Shown: positions 17,579 to 27,263, numbered from the stretch's first letter. The stretch: 32,035 bases of DNA from Bacteriovoracia bacterium (GCA_046570105.1 JBKHVI010000030.1:1-32035); one strand, 5' to 3'. Numbers and translations are program-made. Notes: a model not told the origin generated them from the sequence alone.

Positions 17579-19274
17579 AGATCACTCCGTAGGAAGGATC
17601 ATCCCCATGATCAAATGTGACTATGAGCTTTTGACCAGCATCATGACAGTGAACTCCCTCTGGCTTCTCTTTTTTGTATTCGATTAATTTCTCAATCTTT
17701 TGCTGGCGCAAACGATAGATTCCACCCGTTTGCTCATCTTTACTGGCGGGCGCAGCGGCAATAATAAGCTCTTTTCCACAGAGAGAGAGATCAGAAATAC
17801 CTAACGCTCTCCCCTGGCCGTTTAATAATTTAATCTGGTGAGCGAGTTTAATGTCGGTAATTTCATTTTTTTCAAATAATTGATTCAGGCCTTCCAGACG
17901 GAAAATGAGCGCCTCACTTTTTTCATTTAAGCGTGTACGCAAGCCGAGCAGGAGGGAGTTGCCTTCCACCGCCATCCCTTCGATATCGATTTCCAACTCA
18001 CCATTTTTTTGAAGATAACTCAACTCAGAGCGAGTTGCGTTCTTTTTCAAAAAATCTTTCAGCAAATTATAAAGAGAAACACTGCCGGTCTTCTCAAAAT
18101 TGATTCCATCACGTTTGAGTCGAACGAGCTGCTGACGATCCCCTTTCCCAGAACTCTTCTTGCTGCCTACACTTAAAGAAGACACCACATAGATCGTCTC
18201 GTCAGCGCCAAGCGAGATGGCCTCGAAATCAGCAAGACCTTTGAGCTCTTTGATTTTTGTATCAGAGACATCCTCGCCATTGGCATTCACCAACACCACT
18301 TGAGTTTTCTTTTTAGTCGTTCTTCCGTCACTCACAACCAGGTATTTATTGATTTTGGGCAAGAATGTTACACCTGAGCCTTCAAATTTCTTTTGGCCCG
18401 GAGCTTTCAGCAGGAATCTTTTTGTTTCTAAGTAGCTGCCTAGGCCCGAAAGACCAAGTTTCTGGCCTTTTTTCTTGTCATCACTGGCATAGGCCTGATT
18501 AAAAAAACCACGGCTCGCTTCGTATTTAGCGATATAGACTTTCTCACCTAAGATCAGGTTATTGGTTTCAGGGATTTCAATCATGACCTCTCGCCCCCAG
18601 ACTGGACGAGTGGGATCTTTCAGCAGTCTTTCTGGGAAAGGCACGATGCTTGAGCCAAAGCTGATCACTTTACCAATGACTGAGCGCTCTTTGCCCGAAG
18701 CTGGATGGCTTACCAAAACTTCAGTTCCTATGCTCACTTCTCCCACTACGCTCTCATGTAAATAACCGCGAATAGTGGTGGGAGTCGACTCCAAGAGAGT
18801 CATAATGGGTAAGTGTGGTTGAGCGTTTTCTCCCTCTTTCTTTAGGATCGACTCGACTTTTCCATCAAATTTAGAAAAAATGAACAGTTCACTCTTTTCT
18901 TTTTCTAAAATGGCGAGCTGCTTTTTGAGTCCTTCGATATTAGAATGCTCTACTTTGTCGGTATTTACGATCGTTGAGAATATTTCTTTCTGCTCAAGCA
19001 AATAATCTAATTCAGCGGCAATTCGGTTAAGCTCTAGCTCCATCTGCGGGTTCTCTAGTTCTAAAAGAAGATCGCCCGTTTTTACTGTTTGCCCAGAAAT
19101 GACATGGATCTTTTTAACTCTCGCCGAAGTACTCGAAGTTATTTCTTGTGAACGTAATCCAACAATCCCAACAAAGTCGAGACGCTCTTTCTGAGTTAAT
19201 TGCAATGTCACAAGAACAAGAGCACAAAGGCCCCAAACTAATGCAAAAATTTTATTTCTACCGATTCGTTTCAT
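17562..19274 (-). CDS. HlyD/MFP adaptor fused to a C-terminal DUF3616-like beta-propeller
   Basis: N-terminal TM; VKKIHV.SGQ.VK.GDLL.EL and SKFDGKV lipoyl halves around a coiled coil; C-terminal DFEAI..YVVSS.S, IDIEGMA, LLGLR, GISDL, KPEG repeats. Confidence 0.8.
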   Translation of the reverse strand: MKRIGRNKIFALVWGLCALVLVTLQLTQKERLDFVGIVGLRSQEITSSTSARVKKIHVISGQTVKTGDLLLELENPQMELELNRIAAELDYLLEQKEIFSTIVNTDKVEHSNIEGLKKQLAILEKEKSELFIFSKFDGKVESILKKEGENAQPHLPIMTLLESTPTTIRGYLHESVVGEVSIGTEVLVSHPASGKERSVIGKVISFGSSIVPFPERLLKDPTRPVWGREVMIEIPETNNLILGEKVYIAKYEASRGFFNQAYASDDKKKGQKLGLSGLGSYLETKRFLLKAPGQKKFEGSGVTFLPKINKYLVVSDGRTTKKKTQVVLVNANGEDVSDTKIKELKGLADFEAISLGADETIYVVSSLSVGSKKSSGKGDRQQLVRLKRDGINFEKTGSVSLYNLLKDFLKKNATRSELSYLQKNGELEIDIEGMAVEGNSLLLGLRTRLNEKSEALIFRLEGLNQLFEKNEITDIKLAHQIKLLNGQGRALGISDLSLCGKELIIAAAPASKDEQTGGIYRLRQQKIEKLIEYKKEKPEGVHCHDAGQKLIVTFDHGDDPSYGVIYEQQN

Positions 19275-19282
19275 ATAACACC

Positions 19283-19969
19283 TTAGATTTCGACGGTGGC
19301 TTCCTGTAGCAAGAAAGTCACTCCCGTTACATCATTAAGACCTTTGAGCGATTCGATAAACACTTGGTAGTTCTTGTCGTCTTTGAGTTTTACTTGGTAG
19401 GCAAAGTCTAAGCGCTGTCCCTGCGATGTTTCACGCAATGTAACGAGGGCAAAATGTCGGCAATGATCCATCAAAACAGAGCGCAAAGTGCTCTCTACAT
19501 TTTTGTCGGCCGAACTCACTGAAAAACGCAAGAGTCCATCGAAACGATTTTCACTTGTCGTGGGAAAGTAATACAAGAAAAGCGCCACTGAACAAAAGGC
19601 CAATGAACCAACAGCAGCTATTTTAAATTGGTAAACACCACAGGCAATTCCTAAAGTGAGTGCCGCGAAAATAAAAATAATATCTTTAGGGTCTTTGATT
19701 GATGATCGGAAACGAATGATGGCGAGAGCGCCCATCATACCAAAACCACGAGCGACATTATCGCCAATCGCTTGCATAGCAATACAAGTGACTAAGCTTC
19801 CGAGTATCAGTGCTTGAATAAAGCTGCGTGAATATGAAAGTCCTTGAAAACTTTTTTGATAAGTCTTAGCGATGAGAACTGACAGTACAAAAGTGAGCAC
19901 CACCGAATAGAGAATGGAGAGCAGCGTAGGATCCTTGACGTTGGCCTGAATTTGCAGAATATCGAGCAT
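19283..19969 (-). CDS. DUF4956 family membrane protein (MgtC-like TM region plus ACT-like C-terminus)
   Basis: IGDNVARGFGMMGALAIIRFRS.IKDPKDI.FIF..L..G.ACG signature; start re-called to ATG 19969. Confidence 0.92.
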   Translation of the reverse strand: MLDILQIQANVKDPTLLSILYSVVLTFVLSVLIAKTYQKSFQGLSYSRSFIQALILGSLVTCIAMQAIGDNVARGFGMMGALAIIRFRSSIKDPKDIIFIFAALTLGIACGVYQFKIAAVGSLAFCSVALFLYYFPTTSENRFDGLLRFSVSSADKNVESTLRSVLMDHCRHFALVTLRETSQGQRLDFAYQVKLKDDKNYQVFIESLKGLNDVTGVTFLLQEATVEI

Positions 19970-20104
19970 ATAGCTGCGCCTAATTGTTAGCGTTCTGTTA
20001 AGAGCATGGTTATGGCCCAAGCCTTGGTTGGGGGCAATCGCCCTAATTCTTACTTCTTAATAGATTTGGTGACTTAAAGCGCAGGCACTGGATATCATAG
20101 GCCA

Positions 20105-21406
20105 ATGCAAATAATTACCCGCTTATTTACTCGCCTTTGTGAGCGCTTCTTACCGGATGCTTTAGGCTTTTGCGTACTCCTCACCTTCACGGTGTATTTT
20201 CTTGCACTTATCATCACTCCCCACGCTCCCTTGGCGCTTATTCGTTTCTGGGGAGATGGCCTTTGGAATCTCAACGGATTTGCCTTCCAAATGATCACCG
20301 TTTTGGTGACCGGCCATATGTTGGCGACCAGTCCTTTCATAAAGCGACAGTTAGATAAATTGGCGCAACTCCCACGCTCTCCCGGGACAGCGCTGGTTCA
20401 ACTCTCAGTCATTTCTCTTTTGGCCTGTTGGATAAACTGGGGTTTTGGTCTGATTGTTTCGGCGGTGATGGCGATGAAGCTTGCTCGCCGTTTTCCGCAA
20501 ACCTCAGTGGGAGTATTTCTCTCAACCGGTTATGCCGGTTTTGTCGTTTGGCATGGAGGTCTTTCGGGCTCTATACCTTTGAGTATTGCCGGGGCGGACA
20601 AAGTGTTAGTGGCACTCAATCAACCGGCCATTCCGCTCACGCAAACCCTTTTTTCCATCACAAATCTCACTATCGTAGCTGCTCTTTTTATCGCTTTTCC
20701 TATCCTCGCCTATCTCTTGCGGGCGGTTCCCGGAACTCCCCTTCCCGTCTCGAGTGAAACTCCGATTGAACCACCATCTCAAATCAGTAATTTCCGCGAA
20801 TGGGCAGAGCAATCCCGTATCCCACTTTTGCTTTTGGCGATCATGAGCACGACCTATCTTGTGCAAAAGATGGTGGCAAAACCCACTCCTGATATAAACG
20901 ACGTTAATCTCATTTTTTTCACATTGTGCTGCTATTTGCTCAAGAACATTTCCACGCTGCTTAATTCCCTGAAAGAGGCAGTTAAAAGTGTCGGTGGAGT
21001 CATCATTCAATATCCACTTTATGCCGGGATTATGGGCTTGATGCAGTTTTCAGGTCTGGGTGATATTTTATCGCAACAATTCGTGCAATGGTCTTCTCCC
21101 ACGCTCTTCCCTATTTTTAGTTTTTTAAGTGCGGGCCTCTTAAATTTCTTTGTCCCTTCAGGCGGAGGCCAATGGGTCGTACAGGGTCCAATTCTCATAA
21201 AGGCCGGACTTGAATTGGGCGTACCGGCCAGCAAGACAGCGCTGGCGATTGCTTGGGGTGATGCTTGGACTAATCTTGTTCAACCCTTTTGGGCGCTCCC
21301 AATGCTCGCGATGGCAGGACTCCAGCTCAAAGATATCATGGGAGCTTGCGTGAGCTTCTTACTCTTGTCGGGAGTGATTATCGGATTGGGATTCTTACTA
21401 TTTTAG
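20105..21406 (+). CDS. atoE: Short-chain fatty acid transporter
   Basis: ERFLPDA, FAFQM..VLVTGH.LA, NWGFGL, WHGGLSGSIPL, IQYP.YAGIMG, VPSGGGQW.VQGP, WGDAWTNL.QPFWALP. Confidence 0.93.
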   Translation: MQIITRLFTRLCERFLPDALGFCVLLTFTVYFLALIITPHAPLALIRFWGDGLWNLNGFAFQMITVLVTGHMLATSPFIKRQLDKLAQLPRSPGTALVQLSVISLLACWINWGFGLIVSAVMAMKLARRFPQTSVGVFLSTGYAGFVVWHGGLSGSIPLSIAGADKVLVALNQPAIPLTQTLFSITNLTIVAALFIAFPILAYLLRAVPGTPLPVSSETPIEPPSQISNFREWAEQSRIPLLLLAIMSTTYLVQKMVAKPTPDINDVNLIFFTLCCYLLKNISTLLNSLKEAVKSVGGVIIQYPLYAGIMGLMQFSGLGDILSQQFVQWSSPTLFPIFSFLSAGLLNFFVPSGGGQWVVQGPILIKAGLELGVPASKTALAIAWGDAWTNLVQPFWALPMLAMAGLQLKDIMGACVSFLLLSGVIIGLGFLLF

Positions 21407-21513
21407 TTATTCGCCAGGCCAAAGACAGGCAGCGCCACGACACCTAAAACAAAGGCCCACCACAAAAGAAGTTGAAAGAAACCAACTGTTTTCATCCACA
21501 GGCGCGGGGACAT
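21403..21513 (-). CDS. Small hydrophobic protein (36 aa), below the ORF-track cutoff
   Basis: GGAG 6 nt before ATG; MSPRLWMKTVGFFQLLLWWAFVLGVVALPVFGLANN; stop overlaps the atoE stop. Confidence 0.6.
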   Translation of the reverse strand: MSPRLWMKTVGFFQLLLWWAFVLGVVALPVFGLANN

Positions 21514-21601
21514 GCAGGACTCCAGAAAAATTAAATTTGCGCATCTTTAGCGCATTTTTAAAATCTCCGCAAAACCTCTGCATGCCCTTTGAAGTTTTTA
21601 C

Positions 21602-22321
21602 TTAAACTTTTCGGCAATCCAAAATCATAAAAGTGGGAATTCGGCTGTAGCGCTCGTACTTCATGGAGTCGACATCTTTAAGCGCTTCGATTGGTTTGGT
21701 ATCTACGATCTGGCAGACATTAAATCCCGCAGCGACTAAGGGATTAAGCATTTCGGCAAATGAGCGGTAGTAGTCCGGCATCATCACCGGCTCCCCACCA
21801 AAGCCTTTCCACAAGGCCTCGACATACTGAACCCCATAAGCATTCTCTGGTCGATACCATTGATAGGCACCCACGGGATGCTGAACCGACATGACGAGAC
21901 GGCCTTGTGGCCTAAGGACACGCGCAAACTCGGCCAGTGGCACACTCCAGTCAAAAACATAATCGATCGCTAAAGACGAAACGATGAGATCAAAACTTTG
22001 GGTACCTAGTTTGGGAAGAGGTTTGGCCATGTCGGCGATAAATAACTCCGCCATGCCACCGGTGCGGGTTTTGGCGATCTCCACCATCTTGGGTGAAATA
22101 TCAAAGCCGACAACCTTGGCCTCATGCTCAAGTAACCAGTGTGAAAGAAAACCTGGACCGCAACCGGCATCGAGTACTTTTAATCCTGCAACTGGGCCTA
22201 TCTGCTTACGCATCGCTGGATGCTCAATATAGCCATTCTCCGCTTTGGTTTCTGCCACCTTGGCGTAGCGCTCAGCTAGCTTTTCATACGCACTTAAAGC
22301 AATAGGTTTTGAATTATTCAT
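21602..22321 (-). CDS. Class I SAM-dependent methyltransferase
   Basis: VLDAGCGPG, GFDISPKM, SFDLIVSSL, RVLRPQGRL. Confidence 0.92.
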   Translation of the reverse strand: MNNSKPIALSAYEKLAERYAKVAETKAENGYIEHPAMRKQIGPVAGLKVLDAGCGPGFLSHWLLEHEAKVVGFDISPKMVEIAKTRTGGMAELFIADMAKPLPKLGTQSFDLIVSSLAIDYVFDWSVPLAEFARVLRPQGRLVMSVQHPVGAYQWYRPENAYGVQYVEALWKGFGGEPVMMPDYYRSFAEMLNPLVAAGFNVCQIVDTKPIEALKDVDSMKYERYSRIPTFMILDCRKV

Positions 22322-22329
22322 GAAAATCC

Positions 22330-23238
22330 TTAAAAGCGAAGACGACGCACCTTATAGCCTTCTCTCATCAGCATTTTCAAGACTGTTTCCCCGGAATGTT
22401 CCAAATGGTAGAGCCCAACAGCAATAAAGGGGCGCTTATACTGACGAAGGCTGAATTTGATCTTATTCATCCACTGTTCGTTTCGCCCTTCCAGCAAGCA
22501 GCCTCGCGCGGTTTGCTCACGTCTAAAGAAGTTTTCATTGCCGCTGCGATAGGCATTCATTAAACGAATAAAAGGATCTCGATCTATTTTGTGAGGAGAA
22601 TCGCTGAGTAAAGTGAGTATGTTCTTCTCGTAATCTTGGGCGGCACCATAACGATGATAGATAGAACAAGAAATAAAGCTCTCAGATTCCAATTCATCCA
22701 ACGTTAAAATTGATTTTTTTTGAATGATAGCTCGCTCGGTCAGCTCTTGGTCAAGGCTCCCCAATTGAATCCGTCCACCCTCAAAACTTTCTAACTCATT
22801 TTTTATATGAACTTCTTTCTGATGAGTCGCTAACAAAAAAGCATACACTCCCATCAGAGTAAATCTATCAAGCATCTCCTGAGCTTTTTTAGGATATCTC
22901 TCGTATAAATACTTTTCCAGAAGTTGATAAGTCTTGGGTCTCACACCATCTCGCAAAGGAGTATCTTCGCCGCTTCTAAACATGCGTTGCTGAAGCCCAC
23001 GCTCGATTAATGGAATCTGCTTTGTCATATCGACTTCTGCGACAAAAGCATCACTTAGATTGAAATAGCGCCAAAAATTCGCTGGTAAGTCTCTCGCCGC
23101 GACATTCACATGAACGGTGCCAAAGAAGTAGCCGCGCTCACTTCCCTTAGAAACTTCATAGAGAAAAGGTCGATCAATGCTCTTGTCTGTCGTTGCGCAA
23201 CTTATCAGCGTAAGAAAAGTGAGCCAGAATAATCTCAT
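22330..23238 (-). CDS. TraB/GumN (Tiki-like) family lipoprotein
   Basis: Lipobox LISC; LYEV....YFFGTVH, RNEQW, FIAVG..HL....VL..L..EGYKV. Confidence 0.85.
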   Translation of the reverse strand: MRLFWLTFLTLISCATTDKSIDRPFLYEVSKGSERGYFFGTVHVNVAARDLPANFWRYFNLSDAFVAEVDMTKQIPLIERGLQQRMFRSGEDTPLRDGVRPKTYQLLEKYLYERYPKKAQEMLDRFTLMGVYAFLLATHQKEVHIKNELESFEGGRIQLGSLDQELTERAIIQKKSILTLDELESESFISCSIYHRYGAAQDYEKNILTLLSDSPHKIDRDPFIRLMNAYRSGNENFFRREQTARGCLLEGRNEQWMNKIKFSLRQYKRPFIAVGLYHLEHSGETVLKMLMREGYKVRRLRF

Positions 23239-23612
23239 GATTTCTTGCAGGCCAAGGCTTCTTCCATTTTCATTCTCTTTACTTCGCGAGGCAAAGTCGT
23301 CAGCACTTTACCAAGACGGGAACGAGTGGAGATCGTTTTCTGTTTACCATCAAGGCGGTAAGTCATCATGTCTCTTTCATCAGAGCGCTGATGATTGAGT
23401 TTATTAAAATTATGATATTGCTTTAAAAACCGATCAAGAATGTGAGCATTACAACTCGATCGCTTCATGGAGAAATTCATTCGATGAGATGTTAAATACA
23501 AACTTTGCTCATCCCAAGTCACTTGGTAATTGATGCGAGTCGATTGAACTTTAAGGCTAATCGCCCATACCGGAGTGGTCATTAAACACAGAACAACAAT
23601 TTTTATAAACAT
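23235..23612 (-). CDS. Hypothetical secreted protein
   Basis: Signal peptide (…PVWA); overlaps both neighbours in the operon. Confidence 0.7.
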   Translation of the reverse strand: MFIKIVVLCLMTTPVWAISLKVQSTRINYQVTWDEQSLYLTSHRMNFSMKRSSCNAHILDRFLKQYHNFNKLNHQRSDERDMMTYRLDGKQKTISTRSRLGKVLTTLPREVKRMKMEEALACKKS

Positions 23613-25528
23613 AGATGAAACCTAACTGTGGGTTCTGTTTGTATCAGTTCTTCGCAAGCCGTGGAGAGAGGCAGTCCTTTATGGATGGCTTCTCGCAATG
23701 AGCGAGTGAGCCCTGAAGAATGAGAGTCAATGCTGATCGGATTTACAATAGAGGCCCCTTCGTACTCAAGTCCATCAACTGACTTATCTAGCAGGGCACA
23801 TGAAAAAATACCGCTTGGATTGCTCGAGGCCCTAAACGCTAAGAGGTCGGCCATGTCTTCTTCGCTTCTCAACTGATCACCCGGGTGAACCCAAGGATAC
23901 TCGCCTTCTGGTAAAGGTTCAGCTTCTTCCCAACGATTAATGCACGCTCGATCTTTTTGAAACTGCTTCATCGACTCACCACTTAGAGGATCTTTGGCGG
24001 CGGTAATACTGAATGCATGACCTAATTCATGCGCCAAAATATCCATTCCCAAGGCGGGGTGAGTGCATGAAAAATGCGACACCATAATATTATCTTTATC
24101 GGCAACAGCATCACTTGGCATTTCTTCTGCATCAAAGTGCTTCTGCTCTACAAAGGCATCCCAAATGGTATAACTCATCGTCGATGGACAAACGTTGCCA
24201 CTAAAAGCATCTGCCGACATATCGTAAATACTTAACTTGTCAGTTGTATATACTAACAATGAATAAACATCACTCAAGTCGTTGATTGATTCTTCTTTTG
24301 TCGCTTCTTCGTCAATCTCTTCTAAAAAATCATCAATGCCGGTAGCACCTTTCGGTGGCGACTTGAGAACCACATTCAATTGCTCATCAAAATACTTCTG
24401 CACTTTTTGACGAGAAGTTTCACTGTACTTACCAAGGGCCCGACTAATAAATGCATCTTTTACTTTGGGGATATTTTCACGAATAAAGCTGGCATCCGCA
24501 TCGAGTAATGTGAGTTCGGCCATCATGGAGCGACAGTAGCTGAGTTGTTTCTCGACCAGCCTAGGCTCGTTAAGACTTTTCTCCATCGAATCCATCAGCT
24601 TTGACCAATTGAGCTCATTTACATATCGCCCTAAGGCCTCTCGGCATGTATCAGAAGCACAGCTTTTAAGATTCTTGTCCGGAAATATCCGCTCACGGCT
24701 TTCAACCGATGCTAGCGTGTAATCAATCGTGCTTAATGACATGCTAATTTCACAGGCAAGGACTTCATTCATTTCGCCACTCATCGCAAGTGCTAGATGC
24801 TCTTTAACTTGGGTGAGACTATCTGCAAGAAGAGTCGGGAATTTGATCAGCGCCTGATCAAAATCAGCTTTAATTAATTCCGCTCTGCGCTTGAGTTCAA
24901 CTTTTAATTCATCCAGAGTATAAACATCCATATAGCAAGCGGTAGTGAAGTGGGCGGTAGGCTTCTTGCTATATTCGGGTATCATCGCCTGAAGCAGCGA
25001 CTTAGTTTCTGCTGACAAAAAATCTGTTTCAGAAAGTGTCACTTTCACACGCTCATCCAGAGGACGCTCTTTATCAATATCAACCGTTAAATGTTGTGAA
25101 AGAGTATAGCCAAAAATGGTCTCGAGCTTATCCTCATCAAGTCCTTCGAGGCTCAGCTTCTCTCCCTTCGCTAAGCGCTCACGCCAGGCCTTAAGAATCA
25201 GATTCCCTTCCTTGCTACGTCGCTCAATAATTTTTTTGAGTTTGTCTTCATACGGGAGAATCTTTGCGTATTGCTCCTGATCAACGATGCCGACGATCGT
25301 TTCATCATTGAGTTCAGCAGTCGGAGTTGTCTTGGGATCACCACATAAATCCCGGGCGCAAATAAGGGCAAGCTTCTCTTTACTGCCTAGCTCATCACAA
25401 GACACTGGCACCTTGGTTTCAATCCCTCGCTCATTAAATGAATTGAGTAGATTTACTAGGTGATTTCCTGAGGCCAGGGCAGGAGTCATAAAAAACAAAA
25501 GAGGCCATAAATGTAAGGCGAATTTCAT
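23603..25528 (-). CDS. Secreted zinc metallopeptidase, divergent M13/gluzincin-like
   Basis: Signal peptide; ILAHELGHAF (HExxH) with downstream EEDMAD (ExxAD third ligand); Cys-rich. Confidence 0.7.
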   Translation of the reverse strand: MKFALHLWPLLFFMTPALASGNHLVNLLNSFNERGIETKVPVSCDELGSKEKLALICARDLCGDPKTTPTAELNDETIVGIVDQEQYAKILPYEDKLKKIIERRSKEGNLILKAWRERLAKGEKLSLEGLDEDKLETIFGYTLSQHLTVDIDKERPLDERVKVTLSETDFLSAETKSLLQAMIPEYSKKPTAHFTTACYMDVYTLDELKVELKRRAELIKADFDQALIKFPTLLADSLTQVKEHLALAMSGEMNEVLACEISMSLSTIDYTLASVESRERIFPDKNLKSCASDTCREALGRYVNELNWSKLMDSMEKSLNEPRLVEKQLSYCRSMMAELTLLDADASFIRENIPKVKDAFISRALGKYSETSRQKVQKYFDEQLNVVLKSPPKGATGIDDFLEEIDEEATKEESINDLSDVYSLLVYTTDKLSIYDMSADAFSGNVCPSTMSYTIWDAFVEQKHFDAEEMPSDAVADKDNIMVSHFSCTHPALGMDILAHELGHAFSITAAKDPLSGESMKQFQKDRACINRWEEAEPLPEGEYPWVHPGDQLRSEEDMADLLAFRASSNPSGIFSCALLDKSVDGLEYEGASIVNPISIDSHSSGLTRSLREAIHKGLPLSTACEELIQTEPTVRFHLCL

Positions 25529-25697
25529 CTCAAAATTATAGCGCCATTATACTATTCCTCTCTAGCGGAAGAATCTGCAAAATTATCAACCAAGACACAT
25601 TCCGACCAATCAACTCCCCTAATCCTGCTATTCAACTGATTTTGCGACTCATGGCCCTTTACGACTGTCACTATTCCACGTAAATAATTCGTTTAAA

Positions 25698-26489
25698 ATG
25701 AATTATTACAAAGCAACTCTACAATACGACGGCACTGATTATGCTGGCTTTCAGTGGCAAAAAGATGCGCCCACTGTTCAAAATGATTTGAATGTTGCTT
25801 TTAAAAAGATCACATCAGGAAAAGTCACAACGATGGGGGCCTCGCGAACTGATTCTGGAGTTCATGCCTTTGAGCAAGTCGTGAAGATTACCACCGAGAA
25901 CAAATTCGATTGTCATCAGATCTTGCCTCAACTCAATAGTGAACTCCCATCGACAATTCGTGTTTTAGCCCTCAGCGATACCACCAGCGACTTCAGGCCC
26001 GCGAGCGACGGCCGTTCAAAAGAGTATCGCTATCTGTTCACCAACAAATCTGCTTTCTCAAAACAAGAGCGTAAATACATTGCCAATATTGCCAAGCCTT
26101 TGAATATCGCTGCCATGATAAAATGCGCCCAGGCCATCAATGGCACGCACGATTTCTGTAATTTTGTCTCGACAGGAAGTAATGTCAAAACGACTATCCG
26201 AACAGTCAGCATAAGTGAACTTTCAGAAATAGACCCACATCAATTTTTTGCTCAATCGTCTCTGTTTCACATCCCCAGCGAACTTCAAACTTGTTATCAG
26301 TTTAAAATTGAGGCCAACGGTTTTCTCAAACAAATGATTCGTCATCTGATACGTGGGCTGTGGATGGTAGGAAGCGGGAAGATCACAGAAGAAGAATTTC
26401 TCACTCTACTGGATGGCCCAAAAATAGATAAGCAGATGTGGCGAGTGGCACCGGCGAGTGGGCTTTATCTTTATCGAATTTATTATTAG
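25698..26489 (+). CDS. truA: tRNA pseudouridine synthase A family
   Basis: YDGT.YAGFQ.Q, GASRTDSGVHA, G.HDF.NF, ANGFLKQMIR, APASGLYL; may be a paralog. Confidence 0.9.
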   Translation: MNYYKATLQYDGTDYAGFQWQKDAPTVQNDLNVAFKKITSGKVTTMGASRTDSGVHAFEQVVKITTENKFDCHQILPQLNSELPSTIRVLALSDTTSDFRPASDGRSKEYRYLFTNKSAFSKQERKYIANIAKPLNIAAMIKCAQAINGTHDFCNFVSTGSNVKTTIRTVSISELSEIDPHQFFAQSSLFHIPSELQTCYQFKIEANGFLKQMIRHLIRGLWMVGSGKITEEEFLTLLDGPKIDKQMWRVAPASGLYLYRIYY

Positions 26490-26637
26490 TTTAAATCGCT
26501 CTTTTTAAATCAATATCTCTCAACGAATAAAAAATATAAAAAGAAAATTTTTCATTAACACTCAATTTAAAATATTCGTCCCAACTTCTCATGTTAGCAG
26601 ATCTTTATTGATAACTAATTCTTCCAAAGGACTCCAC

Positions 26638-27252
26638 ATGACGAAAACTATTTTAGGAATTTCTTTGCTGCTCACTTCACAGGTATTTGCCGGTGAAAAA
26701 CTATATATCAACGGCGAAGACTTAAGAGGGCAACTTATCGAGATGTATGAAAGCAGCACGACCCCCTACCCCATTGAGGAAGAAGCACGCTCAGATGCCG
26801 ATGCGCCATCCTTCAAAGCATGTGCATTCATCAAAAAAAATGGTCAAATTATTGTAGAAGACTCAGAACATTACATCTTAAAATATCGCACTCTTGTAAG
26901 TTCAGCAGCTGGTCCACTTCTGCCTGCAGTCTACAAATATCAAACGCAACTCAGTGAGCGTGGCCTTCTAGATTCATTTATCGAAAATGGTGCCAAATTC
27001 AAGGATGGTGTTCTTGATTTTACTAATTTCTCCCTCTCAAGAAGCAGCAAATCCCCTGATTGCAAAGACGGGACTAGCGTAAAGCAACACTGGCTTAATA
27101 CTGAAACAGCAATTAATCCAGAGGGCACCGATTTCGTTTACCGAGTTACATGTAACGACGGGACAGTTACTCATGAAATGCTTAAGCGTAAGTCTGGCGA
27201 ATACTTAGTGTTTAAAATTCTTGGCGATACCTACGGTTATTGCTGGCGATAA
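26638..27252 (+). CDS. Hypothetical secreted protein
   Basis: AAGGA RBS before ATG 26638; signal peptide MTKTILGISLLLTSQVFA; ends YGYCWR. Confidence 0.75.
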   Translation: MTKTILGISLLLTSQVFAGEKLYINGEDLRGQLIEMYESSTTPYPIEEEARSDADAPSFKACAFIKKNGQIIVEDSEHYILKYRTLVSSAAGPLLPAVYKYQTQLSERGLLDSFIENGAKFKDGVLDFTNFSLSRSSKSPDCKDGTSVKQHWLNTETAINPEGTDFVYRVTCNDGTVTHEMLKRKSGEYLVFKILGDTYGYCWR

Positions 27253-27263
27253 TCGTCATCAAT

